Assembly (NCBI GenBank): GCA_035084275.1 | Contig: CM068742.1 | Span: 70,556,001-70,620,000, forward strand | Direction of reading: 5' to 3' | Length of the DNA stretch: 64,000 nt | DNA from: Hydrolagus colliei | Taxonomy: Eukaryota | In this document: piece by piece, positions 50,683 through 64,000 of the stretch | How positions within the stretch are numbered: position 1 is the first letter of the stretch | How the letters are laid out: each line of letters opens with the position of its first letter | Translations under genes and position numbers: made by a program | Notes under the pieces: generated by a model | Seen by the model: the letters and a program-made list of their open reading frames with translations, nothing else | Told to the model about the DNA's origin: nothing | Databases searched by the model: none

Positions 50683-53600
50683 TTATAGTATTGTTTAATC
50701 CTACTGAACTCCATGATTTAATGGTAAAGGCACTGCCAAGGCTGCGTTGTTATACAACAACTTGCATTTATATAGTGTCCTTCATGTGGGGTGGTGTCTC
50801 AAATCAGAGGGCAGAAGGTTTCAGGTTTGAATCCCATGATGGGTTGAATTAACTGATTTGTGCAGACACTACATCAAAAACGCTGCATTTTTTTTACAAA
50901 ATGCAAAAGAACCCTTGGTAGTTAGAGACATATGCTTGTGGCCAGGTAAATATTAAAATATGGAAATACTTGAATGTCAGTGAACTGCGTGATTCGTCTC
51001 TTCCCTTGCCTCTCCCGGTCATTTTAAAATCTGAAGATTATTTCTCAAATTAAATAAGGCGTCTTCATTTGATCAAAAGTGCACAGTTGTCATTAAGGAG
51101 ACTTTTTCAACTACAGCCTATTATGATGTATAATCGTGTGTGGCAACCAAAAGTAAACAATCAGTACAAGAGAGGTTTGGATGAAAAAGGTTCTTCAGCC
51201 CATTTGATCTCATCCTTCCAGTTTATCCATCATACTATCCTCCCATGATAGCATCAAGCTGCTTCTTGAACAAGTCATTCAACCACCCTTCCAGGTAACC
51301 CGTTTCAGTCATTATTTGCCCTCTAAAGAGGAGTTCTGGCGTCTTGTCCTGAAATTGCTCTTTACAACCCTCAACACATGCGCTCTTTATATCTGAAACC
51401 TCCAGTATTATCATATTGATAGTCAAGGAAATGTTGCATCCACAGTTCATTATGTGTGTTTTTCCATTGCCAATGCAGAAAACAATTACCAGTTCCATGT
51501 TTACTTCTTTCAATCAGATAGGTGTAGAAATGTATGACACAGTAGGAGGCAGACCAGCCCTTATTTCATGCCAGTGTTTATTCCTTTAAGAAGCTACCTA
51601 TCCTAATCCAAATTTATGAAACTCTATAAAGATATAATCATTAAATAGAATGCAAAGGTTACAGAGCAAGAATTCAGGGGAGAAGAATCAAGTCCGGATG
51701 GAATTATGTGTTCATTTTAAATGTTAAATGCTTTAAATGTTAAATGCTAAATTACACATAGGCTTAGAGATGAGAAATGTGTAAGGAATATTAAGTAGGA
51801 AGTACCCTTATTAAGCTGCTAGTACCCTAGCTTCTGAATCAGAAGGCTGTGGGTTCAAGCCCCTCATCAGAACTTTGAACGCATAGTGATTCAGTACAAG
51901 GGAACTTTCTCTTGACTATTTGAAAAGAGAAGGGAGTTTCCGATCAACAATCCTCCGGATAAAATTGGTCATTCATTTCATGGCTGTTTGTGGGACATTC
52001 ATGTGTGCAAATATTTAAGAATCCTTGCATTTGATAATAGTGCTATCGCATGGTACAGCTGTCTCATCCAGCAGCTTCACAGGATACATTGTAAAGTAGC
52101 ACAACGGCGTGTTTGTGGATGATCACGCAGCCAATTTGCAAACAGCAGTGTCACAATGTCTCACAAACAGCCATTGAGCTAATAAACAATTTTATTAAAT
52201 TCACAGTAATACATCACCACACTTTGCAGTAAATCCCATGAAGTGCTTTAAATCCTATGAAGTAAATCCATCTTGATGTAAAAGGTGCTAAATCATATGC
52301 CAACTTTATTAACAGTTTCTAATCCATAAAATAACAAATGGGTATTTTTGGGGGTACTCTTCTGTACATTAATGGACAAAAATCAGGGTGGGAAATTGAT
52401 ATAAAAAGCATACAGTTGGTAAACATTTGGATTTCTTGAAACGTTTTACTCAAGAAGCAAAACACTTAAACATGTCAGGTGGGTGTCAGAGATCCAATGG
52501 CACCACCTGTATTTGAAGAGAAAAAAGGGGTTTCTCCCAGTGCCCTGGCCAAAAATCCTGCAATCATTTTACAGCTGTTTGTTGCAACCTTGCTGTACAC
52601 AAACTGCCTGCTGTATTTGCCTACAAACATGCAATCACTTCAGCTTAAAGTAATTCCTATTACATACTTTCAGACATTTCAATGTGATATGTACAAGATT
52701 CTGGCTTTTTTTTAAAAAAAAGCACCTTCACAGATTAAGGCAACAAAGCTGATGATATTTTTTCACATCAATAAAAGATATGTAATGCAATGTGGTGTGT
52801 GCACTCTGAAACCTGCGTGCATTGCAAGGTGAGTTTGCCAATGCACGCACCCCTCACTGTTGCCAAATAAACATCTGTACATTTGATATCTATGAACCAA
52901 TTTAGGCTAAAAAAAATTGTATAAACAGATGGATTTTTGCTTCAAGCTGGTACTTAACTGTGAAAAGAGGTAGGAAACTATTTTGGGACCTTAGAAATGT
53001 GCTACATAATGTCAGTATTTTAGCAATATAACCAGTTTAAACTTATTGTCCATCCCATTTTGTGTTATTTTGGTGAACAAGACTGGTGACATGAAAAGAT
53101 AGAAAGCAAAAGCTAACTATAGGAAACCATAATTGAAATTGGCAGAACTCATTTACAGTATATGGGTTTAATATTAAAGAGGAATTTAAGGCAAGTTTTT
53201 AATTCATGACAAGTCTAAAGCACGAACATAAAAACATGAATAGCCAGCCAAATACATCTGTTGTCTTTTTATTGAATCAAGGCATACGATTTCCTTTAAG
53301 ATCCTTAGCTTTATCCCTGTCCCTTTTAAATATGCAAATTACCTCTCTATCTTCAATCCTTTGTGGCATTGAAATCCATCTTTTCATAACCCGTTGTGTG
53401 AATATTTTGCTGAGGTTTTAAATGTATAGCTCTAGTTTAACAAGTAGTTTGAATTTGAATCCACCAAATTTTGAGTTTAAATGACCGGTGCTATTTAGGT
53501 GTTGGGTCGAGTGGCACGAAAATGTCATGTACATGAACAGTGGGTGGAAGTTGGCAGAGCAATTTGAAATGAAAGGAGTATGAGTGAGTTGGGATAATTT

Positions 53601-54307
53601 GAGTCCAACAACATTCCTCTCAGAATGTTAAATGCAGTTTTGAGACCTATAAATTGTGCATGTGTCCATACCTAGTCAAGTTATTGCACATTGTGGCTTT
53701 GTGCACATATTCAGAAACCAAAGTAGAAGCTTAGTGGAGACATTTTGTATTAACTATTCTGTTCTGGGTTTTCTTTTCCAATTCACATCTTTCATTTGCA
53801 ACTTAATTCTGTGTGTTTTTTTTTGCTAGTGATCATTGTGGCTGCTGTGGGGAAAATTCCCCTTGCAAAGCTGGATGAGTTTGCCTTTGAAATAGCTCAC
53901 AAGACTAAATATAGGAGGCAGACACATTAAAGAGTTTCATTCACTGTAATCCTAAAACCCTTGGCAGGATCTATCTATTGTAGTTATGATTTCCACTAAC
54001 ATTTCTAAGTGAGAAGTTCAAAGCTAACCAAACATTTTCTTAGCATTTGCTTTTTAAAAAGAAATTGATATCACATATTTTAGGGTCAGTACTGCCTCCC
54101 ATGTGGATGTCTCCTCTAAAAGTTGGTTTGTGTACCAAATTTGATTCAGTCTTACCTTATTCAGATAACATAAACATCCCAGGAGAACTGTACAGCTATG
54201 TAAAAATAGCATAATGGCAATACGTGGTATTCCAATTAAAATATTTTTAACAAGCGTTTATTCCATCAACTGGTACTGACTGAAAATGATATAATCAAGA
54301 ACAGTTT

Positions 54308-54313
54308 TTTATT
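54308..54313 (-). terminator. Candidate polyadenylation signal of ANAPC10
   Basis: AATAAA on the - strand ~250 nt after the stop; a second lies at ~53268-53273. Confidence 0.5.
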
Positions 54314-54561
54314 TTAATTTTAAAAAGCACCTGTATTTGCAGAAGGTTTAACCCAATCCCCAAATTAGCCGCCCCCCCCCCCCCCCCCCATATGCAATAA
54401 TTTGAATCCAATGTTAAACCAATACATTATAAAAGATTGTATTGGTGTAACTAAACCATTCTCTCTAGGTGATATGTACACTAACATTTAACGCCAGGAT
54501 TTTATAAGCTTGTAAACTTTCAAAACAGTGCACTGTCCAATGCAGTCAATGTGATTGTCAG

Positions 54562-54792
54562 TCACCTAATGCAGCGGTACATCATGAAATCTATTGTGGT
54601 ACATCTGGGAAATTTGCCAATTGAACTTTCCTCCACTGGAGTATAGACTTTAATTTGTCTCATGTGAGTGTCTCGTCCATTCTGATGATTGGCCAGCACA
54701 GCAATCTGAATCATAAAGGTCCGGATGGGCTTCTTGTTAACATCAGCAAGAGGTATGTGAATCCAGCCACTGGGCTCGACCAGTTCTAGTTG
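54562..54792 (-). CDS. ANAPC10: Anaphase-promoting complex subunit 10 (APC10/DOC1), last coding exon
   Basis: Acceptor atttacag|, then QLELVEPSGWIHIPLADVNKKPIRTFMIQIAVLANHQNGRDTHMRQIKVYTPVEESSIGKFPRCTTIDFMMYRCIR*. Near-identical to the vertebrate ANAPC10 C-terminus, including the IR tail. Confidence 0.97.
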   Translation of the reverse strand, partial: QLELVEPSGWIHIPLADVNKKPIRTFMIQIAVLANHQNGRDTHMRQIKVYTPVEESSIGKFPRCTTIDFMMYRCIR

Positions 54793-56019
54793 CTGTAAAT
54801 GAAAAGAAACCATCAAAAATGTGTTGTCATTTGTTTTCAACATAAAACGCAATTTACCATAATAATAATCCATAATATATTATCAGCAACAGCTTCATGA
54901 AATAAGGGGAAATTAATCTTTTAATTTTTTTAAATAGTTTTCACACCTACTAATTTTGTGGCAAGGTTTTGAGTCCACCTATCAGATGAGTTGTGGAACT
55001 AAGGGCCCAGGCATTGTTCAAAAAGAAAACAAAATTTCTCCCAGTGTCCTGGCCAACAATTCCCCAGATAAAGAATAAAATTGATTATTTGTTTTGTGGT
55101 TGTTTGTGGAGCACAATTGTGCACATTGATTGCCATATTTACCCACAAAATACAATCTCACAGCATTCTTCAAAAATGTCTGAGGGGATTTGAGAAGTTT
55201 TGATATGATAAGATTAAGGCGCTATACAAGTTTTTGTTGTAAGACGCCATAATCTAATCCACATATTATTACTATCATAAGAACAGGCACAATCTCAGAT
55301 GCAGAGTGCAAGGAAATGAGAAAACTGGATAGTTCTTGTCCCATAGACAAAAACACACAATTGATGATTTGGAAATGATCTTTATAAATGTATTGCACAT
55401 AGATTGCATGACATAGCTCATGCCAAATCTCAGCATCTTGTCCTCCACCCAGTGCACTAAACTACAATCAGTGACTCTCTCCACCCTCATTGTGTAAACA
55501 AGCAATCTAAGTGAAGCCAAACACAATACTTTGTGAAGTGATGTATGGACACCACATGTAAACAGAATTGCATTGTAGATGAAAAGCACCATAAATATGG
55601 TACATATGCCTTTAATTTATATAAATGTAACACCGCTGGAATGTAAAACCAGGAGTCTGTTTCCAGAGTAAATGTAATTGTTTTATTTGAAATTAATACT
55701 TGAGAAATTTACTTTGAGGAACAAGAGACACTATCAATCGATAATCCAAAAAAAGCCTTTGATTTAATCTGAAGGTCAGTTGCTGCCCTACCAGGGCTGT
55801 CATTAGGCTGATGTGTCTTTGGTTTTAAAAACTGTCCAACTAAGAACAGATGGTGCAGTTCACTGAAGCACTAACATGTGCCACAAGGTGGCAGCATAAC
55901 AGAGATCTACATCCATTCCCATGTGGTGAATTACTGAAGTCAGTGATATTATAATAATAATACTTAGTTATATAGCGCTTTCCACGTCTTATCGGTGTCT
56001 CAAAGCACTTCACAGAATA

Positions 56020-57140
56020 CAACAACGTCCCAAGGTTGGGACCAGAGTAGGAAGTGGGGAGGGAAAAGGCAAGAGGGAAGAAAGGGGGGAAAAGAGGTAG
56101 GGACCAGAGCAGAGGGGGAGGGGTCGTGGTTGGGGGAAGGAAAGTAGGAAAATTGACAAGTGTATTTGTGGGAGAAATACTATCACTGCACAAAAAGGAT
56201 AACCACCCTAACACTCTCCCCTGTACCTTCCATCAAATACCTGTGCGCTATTCGCATCTGGAGATAAACAATACAATTTCATGTTTATATGGTACTTTCA
56301 CATTTGAAGGAAGTCGCAAGGAGCTGGACAGGCAAAGGTTTGCACCCAAGCTATGGGTAGGGGAGGACGGCTGAACGAACAGTAAAGGAAGAAGATTTTG
56401 AGGTAGAGATAAAAGGAAGTGAGGGAAGGGATGAGGCAAAGGACTCCCAGGTGAGCGAGCTATAGAATGTGGCAGATTGCTGAATCCTGATTTTGGATGG
56501 TGGGGAAGACGAAGCATGCCAGTACCCACTGACCAGAGAGAACAAGCAAGTTGGTTGGGTTTGAGGTTGCAGAGGTAGGATCGGCTGAGAGCATGAAGGG
56601 ATTTAAAGGTTTGGATAAGAATCTTGAATGTGATCCACTGGGAGATGGGGAGCCAATACAGCCGGACAAGGATGAAGGCGACATGCCCACTGAGCCTAGA
56701 GTGGGAAAGGACACAAACTGCAGAATTCTGTATAGTCTACAGCTTGTGAAGGACAGCTAATCCAGCCTGGGTATCATAAATCCATGAACTAGGGTTTTGG
56801 GTGGCCTGAGGGAAGAGGTAATAATAATAATTCCTGCATTTATTATTCCAATGCCCTCTTCACCAGTCTCCCATCCAAAACTCCACCGCCCACATTCTCA
56901 CCCGCATCAAACTCCACACCTCGATTACCCCAGTCCTTGGAAAACCACACTGGCTCCCTGTCACAGAGCAGATCAACTTCAAGATGTTCACTCTTGTGTT
57001 TAAATCCTTCCACCTCCCGTTATCTTTGACCACGCTTACGGTCACCTCCCCCCTCCTCCGGCTCAGTCTGGGCTCTGCCATTGTGAAGTACTCTGAGATG
57101 CAAAGAGGGCGCTATAAATGCAAATGGTTGTTGTTATTAT
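56020..57140. mobile_element. Two degenerate L2 fragments in opposite orientation (- ~56020-56820; + ~56850-57140)
   Basis: LHWLP and LQNSA remnants; TTG tail at ~57130. Confidence 0.65.
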
Positions 57141-57439
57141 TATTATTGCTACATTTAGTATAGTGCCTTATCACTTCTTTGAGACGTCTCAAAGTGCTTC
57201 ACAAAATATATTGTAAAGTGAATTGACTATGTTTTGTAGGCAAAACGTGGCAATCAACTGAGCACAACTGTATCCCACAAACAGTCATGGGTAGAATGAC
57301 CAATTTATTATTATTTGAAGGAATTAAGTTAGTGTTGGATTGCGGCAATGATACAGAACTGGGCAAAAACTGAGTGGGTGAGGGCACATGTGATAGATTA
57401 AGACTAGTCTAAAAAAATTTTTTTAGGTTCCTCAAAGGC

Positions 57440-57800
57440 TCCACTAAGTGGAGTGTTTGTCCATATCTAACTCCCCGCAACCAACCACACACTTTTCTTC
57501 TGCTGATCAATTTAAGCTCTCGTTATTAATTCACAGATCAGTCTATATACTCTCTCCATTTACACCATTAAATCTGTACATCATTTAAAAACCTCCATCA
57601 CATTTTCCCCCCCTTTCTCAGATTCAACAAAAAAAAACTTTCCAAATTTTGAGACTCTCCAGGTAACTATAAATTCTCATTCCTGGTACTGTTGGAGTGA
57701 ATCTCCATTGTACCCTCTCCATTACTGTGTCAAACCTTCCACAATGAGGTACCTAAAACAACAATAGTCCAAGTGCAGTTTAACCAATGTTTTGTACAAA
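57440..57800 (-). mobile_element. CR1 LINE fragment (degenerate)
   Basis: Reverse-strand remnants of the CR1 ORF2 C-terminus. Confidence 0.45.
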
Positions 57801-60564
57801 CTAAATATTTATACACACATTTAAAATGACCTTTCTTTTGTATGCTAAAAATGGCATAACTACTGTTGGAAGAAATATATAAGAAAAAGTCATACACACA
57901 CTTCTTATTAACAAATTCAAAATGTTAAAAGTTAAATGTTTTAAAACTTCTTTCCCCATATTCTAGTTGTTTCCACCATAAACAGAGTACCTTGTATTTT
58001 TCCATAAGAAAAGAGGGGTGTATATAGTGTTGAAATACAGTGTACAATCACTGGGCTAATAAGCCATAAATCTCCAACAAAAGCTAAATGCATGGCACTG
58101 AATTAAAAATTGTTTAGCTTGGCTGCATGGGGTTTTGACTATTTTGCAACATAATAAATCACCAATGCACCAGGTGACTGGAAAATATTCCAGGCAATAT
58201 TTTTATTACACCTTATTTACATATTCACTTCAGTCTTTAATTCAGATTGGAGTAATTTAATATCAACACAAGGTGTTTGAGCAGGAACAACCAATAGGTC
58301 ACGAGAAAGTATAAACATTTGAATATACATTCAGGCTTCAGTATTACCCCAGATTTGGTATTTCCACTGCTTCAGGCATGAAAGTATGGTCCCAAGTAAA
58401 CATTGCATTTTATTCTTAGTTACTTAAAGAATAGTATAGTAAACATGCAGAAAACATTACAAAAATGAGAAATGCTAATTTTGTAATTTACATATTTTTC
58501 CAAGGTCATTTGAGAATGCTAAATTGGACTGAGCTTTCACAATGCAGACAATAGTAACATTTTCCAAGTGGTTGAACACTTGCTCTAAAACTGTGGAGAG
58601 CCAACAGCAACCTATTATGCACCAGCATAACCTGCCACCCACATCGCTGAGGAAACAGCTTTCAAACACATGCATTCGACTCAGAACCTACAGAATCCTT
58701 TAACACCCATTCAATTTTTTACAACACTTCATTTAGTTGAAAATGCTAAAAAAAAATTAGCTTTCAGTTGTTCCTGCAATGAACCTACTGTTGATGGATC
58801 AATTGTGAACTCCGCTGCTATCTAACATATGCAACTAAAAGACGATTTTAAAACAAAAGTGCCTAACGCACTATATTCTTCACGGTTGTGAAACACATTG
58901 AGCCATAAAAACCGTTGGAGAAGTTCCCACAGTGTGTGCATATAGTATTCATTAATCTGAAAATGCAATATATTGTTGTGCAATGTAGAATTAGAAGCAA
59001 CTTTTTCTTTTCAGCTTTATGCTCCCAAGATTCTCTAAGCTAAATCCAAAACACCAAGTGGAGAAGACAGTAAACCCATGAAAAGCACACACTCTGATAA
59101 ATGTACAGAGAAATTGGACGAATAAATAATGTACTATATTATGAATCAATTACCATATAGCTTGCCACTTCAAAAGAAAATTGCAGAGATCCCATCTCAG
59201 AAGTCTCAGAGAACCTTGCAAATCCATGCAACAACCTGCTGTCAGATCAGAGCATCAACCACTGCAGGGGAATTGATTTCACCAAATGCATATGTGCACA
59301 TGAAGTTAACATCTTAACTGCAACAGGGTCATTCCGCAGGACAAAAATAACCTTTAATTAGTATATGTTATGGTATTCCTGAGCGGGAGGGGAAAAGTTG
59401 AAGATCGGGTGAAGATAAATGGCAAGAGTTGTCACACACACAAAAAAAGGCTGTGAAACTTTGTGGAAGTTTCTCTATACATCCTGAAAATTTCAAAGGG
59501 ATCAAGTTGTTGGGTCCACAGAACAAAATATTGCAAACACTCCTCTTTCCCTAAGCTTCTAATGAACCACACACATTTAGAGTCTGAATTTGACATTCGG
59601 TCAACACAAAGAATGTAATTTTTGAATAATGCAACTTATCTAAAATCAAAATTTAATTCACAACTATTTGTTGTGAACAGATTTGTAAATATTAGCAGCA
59701 CTGACAATCAAAATATGGTTCATTAACTTAGCTACTCTGGATGTTGTACTTCAAACAAACAATACACAAATGTACTTTAAATTTTACTGCTAAGTAATTA
59801 CTTTTGAAGAAACATTGTTTAATATTAAATAAACAATCAAAAATTCAGGAATTTGAAAAGAAAATACTGTAACAAGATGCAGGGTTTGCACTGAAGTTGT
59901 AATTAGACAGATGAACAGTGGTAATTTTACAATATGTTGAGAATTATAGTGCTATTGAAACCGCATGCGAGAAAAAGTTAATGTATAACAAAAATATATG
60001 CGCAAACACATACACACCCTGTTGGTAAGTGTAAAGTAAATGGGATTTACCAATAGATTAAGTATTACTTCAAATATTAAACTACAGTACTATTGTTTTT
60101 TTTCCCACTTCACTTCTTCGAATCTTAACTTCCTAATCTTAACTTCCATATTTCTAAATTTTAAATATTAAGGTAAAATGTAAAATCAACTAGTTATGCA
60201 GCTTTAGTACTAATCTATGGCAAAACTCCCTCCTTCAGGTTTTCAGTTGAAACATGAACTGAATTCAACAATTTGCCAATTTCTGGAGAAATTAATCTAC
60301 ATAAACACAGTAAAATTTAGACTTGGGTGGAATTTCTTCCCCCCGAAACACTGTGAAATGCTTAAGAAGGGTTTTGATGTCATTTCAAATGGGGATTATT
60401 TTACAATTTTGGCAGCTCCAAACTGTGCTGAACTATTCCTTCCTGAGGAAAAAAATAGCGAAATTCTGATTTCTCCATCCCACCAAAGCTACATTAATAG
60501 ATGTACTATTATTAAGAAATATTATTATTAGTGTTGCATATTCTATCAAATCTGTTTAGACATT

Positions 60565-60930
60565 ACAACAACAAAAAATTTAATTTGTATAGTGCCCATA
60601 CATTGGGAGGACATTCCAAGATGCTGGTCAGTTGGGAATTCAACCCAAGGCAGGGTTTGGGATTAGGAACAGTGGAGAAGGGTGACCAAAAGTGCGGTCA
60701 AAGAGGCGGGTCTTGAGATGTACCTTGAAGGAGGCAAGAAAGGGAGCGAGGCGAAGGGATTGTGGGATGTAGCTCCAAAGGGTGGGGACAGATATCGGAA
60801 TGCCGGGCAGGGGAAGTGGCGCAGCCCGGAGCCTGCTGAGCGGAGGGTGCGGACAGGTTAATATAGCGTTAGTAGATCACAGAGGTAGGAAGGACCAAGG
60901 CTGTAGAGGGCTTTGAAAACGAGGACCATG
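60565..60930 (-). mobile_element. L2 LINE 3' end
   Basis: (TTG) tail at ~60565; PTLW/FKV remnants. Confidence 0.7.
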
Positions 60931-62909
60931 AAGTGTCACAGGTATTAGAAATATAAATAGAACAGCATGATCAAGGAAGATTCTTATAAGGCTACTTTGA
61001 AATTTACTATTGACCCCATAATTGCCTTAGCAACTTGGATAATGTATGCCTTTTCAGAAACAGATAAGAAGGGTTTGTTTTCCGGGGAAGACAGTATTGC
61101 AAAGATATTGGTTTGATTCCGAGTAGATCAGGGCGAAAGCTTGGAGAGAGAGAGAGAGACACACACAAATCGATCATTTCAATCCACAACTGTTTGTGGG
61201 ACACTGCTGTGCGCAATTGGCTGCCCATGTTTTGCCCACAAATATACAGTCAAATCACTTCACATTATATTCTGTGAAGCGCTTTGGGACGTTTAGAAAA
61301 GTTGAAAAGTGCTATAACAAATGCAAGGATTATTATTACACACATAAGGAAATGGCCATGTAGATGGCACGCATATGTGAAACTCTGGTTAAATACCCTA
61401 AACAGAGCATACAAAATTCTAAAAAGACAAACCCAGAACAATATTTTCAGACATGCAAAGACAGCAGAGCAAGAGGTCCCAAGTCCAGGGTTACAAAAAT
61501 AGCATTTTAGGACACAGATCAGAAAGTATTTATTTACCTAGAACATAATTAGTGACTGTTATGAGTTACCAGGAATTATATTTCAAGAGCTGGTCTCGTT
61601 CAACAGTTTAATGCTATAATGGGAGGAAGGTAGGCCGAGTGTTGTAGAGGTACAAGATCAAATGGGCCATCTTCCCCTAAACCTCTCTTACGAACTTGGG
61701 AACCTCAGCCTCATTATTGTAAAAAAATTTCTCTTAGGAATTTACATTTAGTTTCAAACAACTATAGCTTCATACGCTTCATTTTCCATTTACAGTATTA
61801 TACAGATTGACAATTTTTTTTAAAAGAAAGTTTTAAATGAAAAAAAATCTGAGTTATCTCAAATATATGGCAGAGAGATGAGACACTTCACTGAGAAAAC
61901 AGAAACTTCTCAGCTAATGTTACCTTTTTATATTGAACAAGAGGGAGTTTCATAACTACACTCTAAAATAGCAGGCAGCCTACTATGTAAATCATATGAG
62001 AGGATATTATAGTTTACATGATCCAGAGCCCAAAAGAAGACTCTTCACATATACATTTCAAGGGTTTCCTTTTATTGAAAGCTAATTTTGTAAAACAAGT
62101 ATCTATCATGTAAATGCTATTTCTTGGAACAATGCTGAAATAATTACTTTGACACTTTTACTGGATTATATTTATACAATGGACTGGACTGCTTTATGAA
62201 GAAAGAAAAAAATCCTGCATGTGTTAAATCTAGCTATGATCATGAGTTGCATCAGTATGGTTAACCCAAAACCAAACAGTGAGATGTTATTTATGTAATA
62301 AGTGGCAACTAATATTTGTAATGAAACGTTACTGAGTTCTAAGGTGTTTAAACAAGCTTCCTGACCCTGTGAGATCTTGTACCGCTGGGTTATTATAAAC
62401 AATCTATCATACAAATAACTGGTTGCTCTTAACAAAAATAACTAATAAACTTTGAGTAAGTAATTTATAAAATGTATAAATACAGAAAACATAAATAAAC
62501 TTGGTAGATACAACCTGACCAAAGCCATGTACAGCTTCAACATGCCTTCTAGGGATCTAAACTCAAATGGTTGGACAATATAGCCAGCAGCTGTTTGCCC
62601 TCTTTATTGCTGCTTTACACGGTTGACACCAACAACCCTAAATCTTTCAGGCACAAAATGGAAGCAAATGGAGGAAATAGAAAATGATGAAAAGCTGAGG
62701 TCCCAGTACAGATTCCCTGGGAAACACCACTTATCACACCACAGCAATCAGAGATTGTCAACTTTATCTCTACCCTCTATTTCATGCCTTCTAACAATTA
62801 CCAAGCCATATCGCAAGGTTTCCTCCGATTCCAGGTACACAGCAGGTAAGGTTCTACAAATCAGCTGAATGGGGTGGGAGGAATAAAAGGAGGGAATTCC
62901 CATTCCTGT

Positions 62910-63222
62910 GGAGTCCTGTAGCTCAGTGTTAAGAGCACTCGCCTTACAAGCAAGAGAGCTGTGTTTGAACCCAGGCATGTAAGACTGAAACCTTGGGCAA
63001 GTTTCCTTACTCCACAAGCCTAATAATAATCCCTCAAAAAAAATACACAATAAAACTCAATCCACGACTGTTTGTGGGACACCGCTGTGCTCAATTTGGC
63101 TGCCGGATTTCACCCACAAATATAGTCAATTGACTTTACAGTATATTCTGTGAAGCGCTTTGGGATGTCTAGAAGACGTGAAATGCGCTACTCCATTTAA
63201 ATGCAAGGATTATTATTATAAT
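62910..63222 (+). mobile_element. tRNA-derived SINE (short form)
   Basis: Full head, core and tail. Confidence 0.9.
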
Positions 63223-64000
63223 AATGCTCCCATGGAATATGTATTGGTCACACGCTTAATGGGGAAGGAAAGTTTGAGGTCGGAGGAATACTTCATGTTC
63301 AAGTTACTCTGAGATACTTGTGAAGATTACATAGACCTTACAGCACAAAAACAGACTATTTGACCTAAATAGTCCATGTCGGTGTTTATACTCAACAGAA
63401 GCTTTCATTCATCCCAATCCCCTCTCCTAATTGTCCAACTGTCTAGAATCAAGTCTCAAGTGAAGACATCTCAGAGGGGACCAAATAGATGTATAATTTT
63501 TTTATATAATGGGGGATTGAATAAAATAAACCCAGATCAATGCTTAAGAACGCACCAAGACAATAGAACAGAAGGTTTAGAGTTGCAAGGGCAATTTCAG
63601 AACACATGCTCGGAAGACTTTTTTTTAAAAAACACAGACATAACTACAGACATAACAGTAATAACTACAACAGGTTGCCAGGAAGAGTGGGTGAGACCAG
63701 GACGCTCAGTGGTTAGAGCACTCGCCTTACAAGCATTAAAAAAAACGCTTGATGCTCTGATAGCAGGATGGCTAATTTGGAAGGATGAGATCAGAATGTA
63801 CAAAGTGTTTTCTTCACCCAAACCAAATTTGTGATCACGTGGAGTCACCATTATAGACCAGTAGAATTTAAAAAAAGATAAAACAGATCAATGGGGGGAT
63901 ATCTCTGCTTTAACAGATTGGGCTAAGCCTTGTCACAAGTCCCTCATTCTAGAAAAAAGCAAAACATCATGCAAGACATTTTGGAAACTAAAATAAATCC

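Noticed and set aside
54793-54873. N-terminal extension of the ANAPC10 ORF in the track
   Set aside because: Intronic sequence upstream of the splice acceptor.

Overview
Eukaryotic vertebrate DNA, not prokaryotic. The repeat set (CR1, L2 with (TTG)n tails, Tx1, tRNA/Deu-type SINEs, Penelope-type hammerhead remnants) suggests a cartilaginous fish; this is an inference. There are two host genes, arranged convergently. (1) On + is a 7-coding-exon gene (~25089-41557) of the nephronectin/EGFL6 family: signal peptide, CCYGW module and five EGF/cbEGF domains. It stops after EGF5, with no linker or MAM domain. It has an RGD inside EGF5, a basic tail, no in-frame ATG, and an exon1/exon2 phase problem. 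(2) On - is the last coding exon of ANAPC10 (54562-54792); its upstream exons lie beyond the window. The rest is intron/intergenic DNA rich in decayed transposons. These include a Tx1 LINE cleanly split by a Harbinger element (CTG TSD), a separate Harbinger Myb/SANT relic, a near full-length CR1 with an L2 at an internal deletion, a Tigger element, many L2 fragments and SINEs. Most short ORFs in the track are noise or TE fragments. Family assignments are from recalled sequence motifs; no searches were run.
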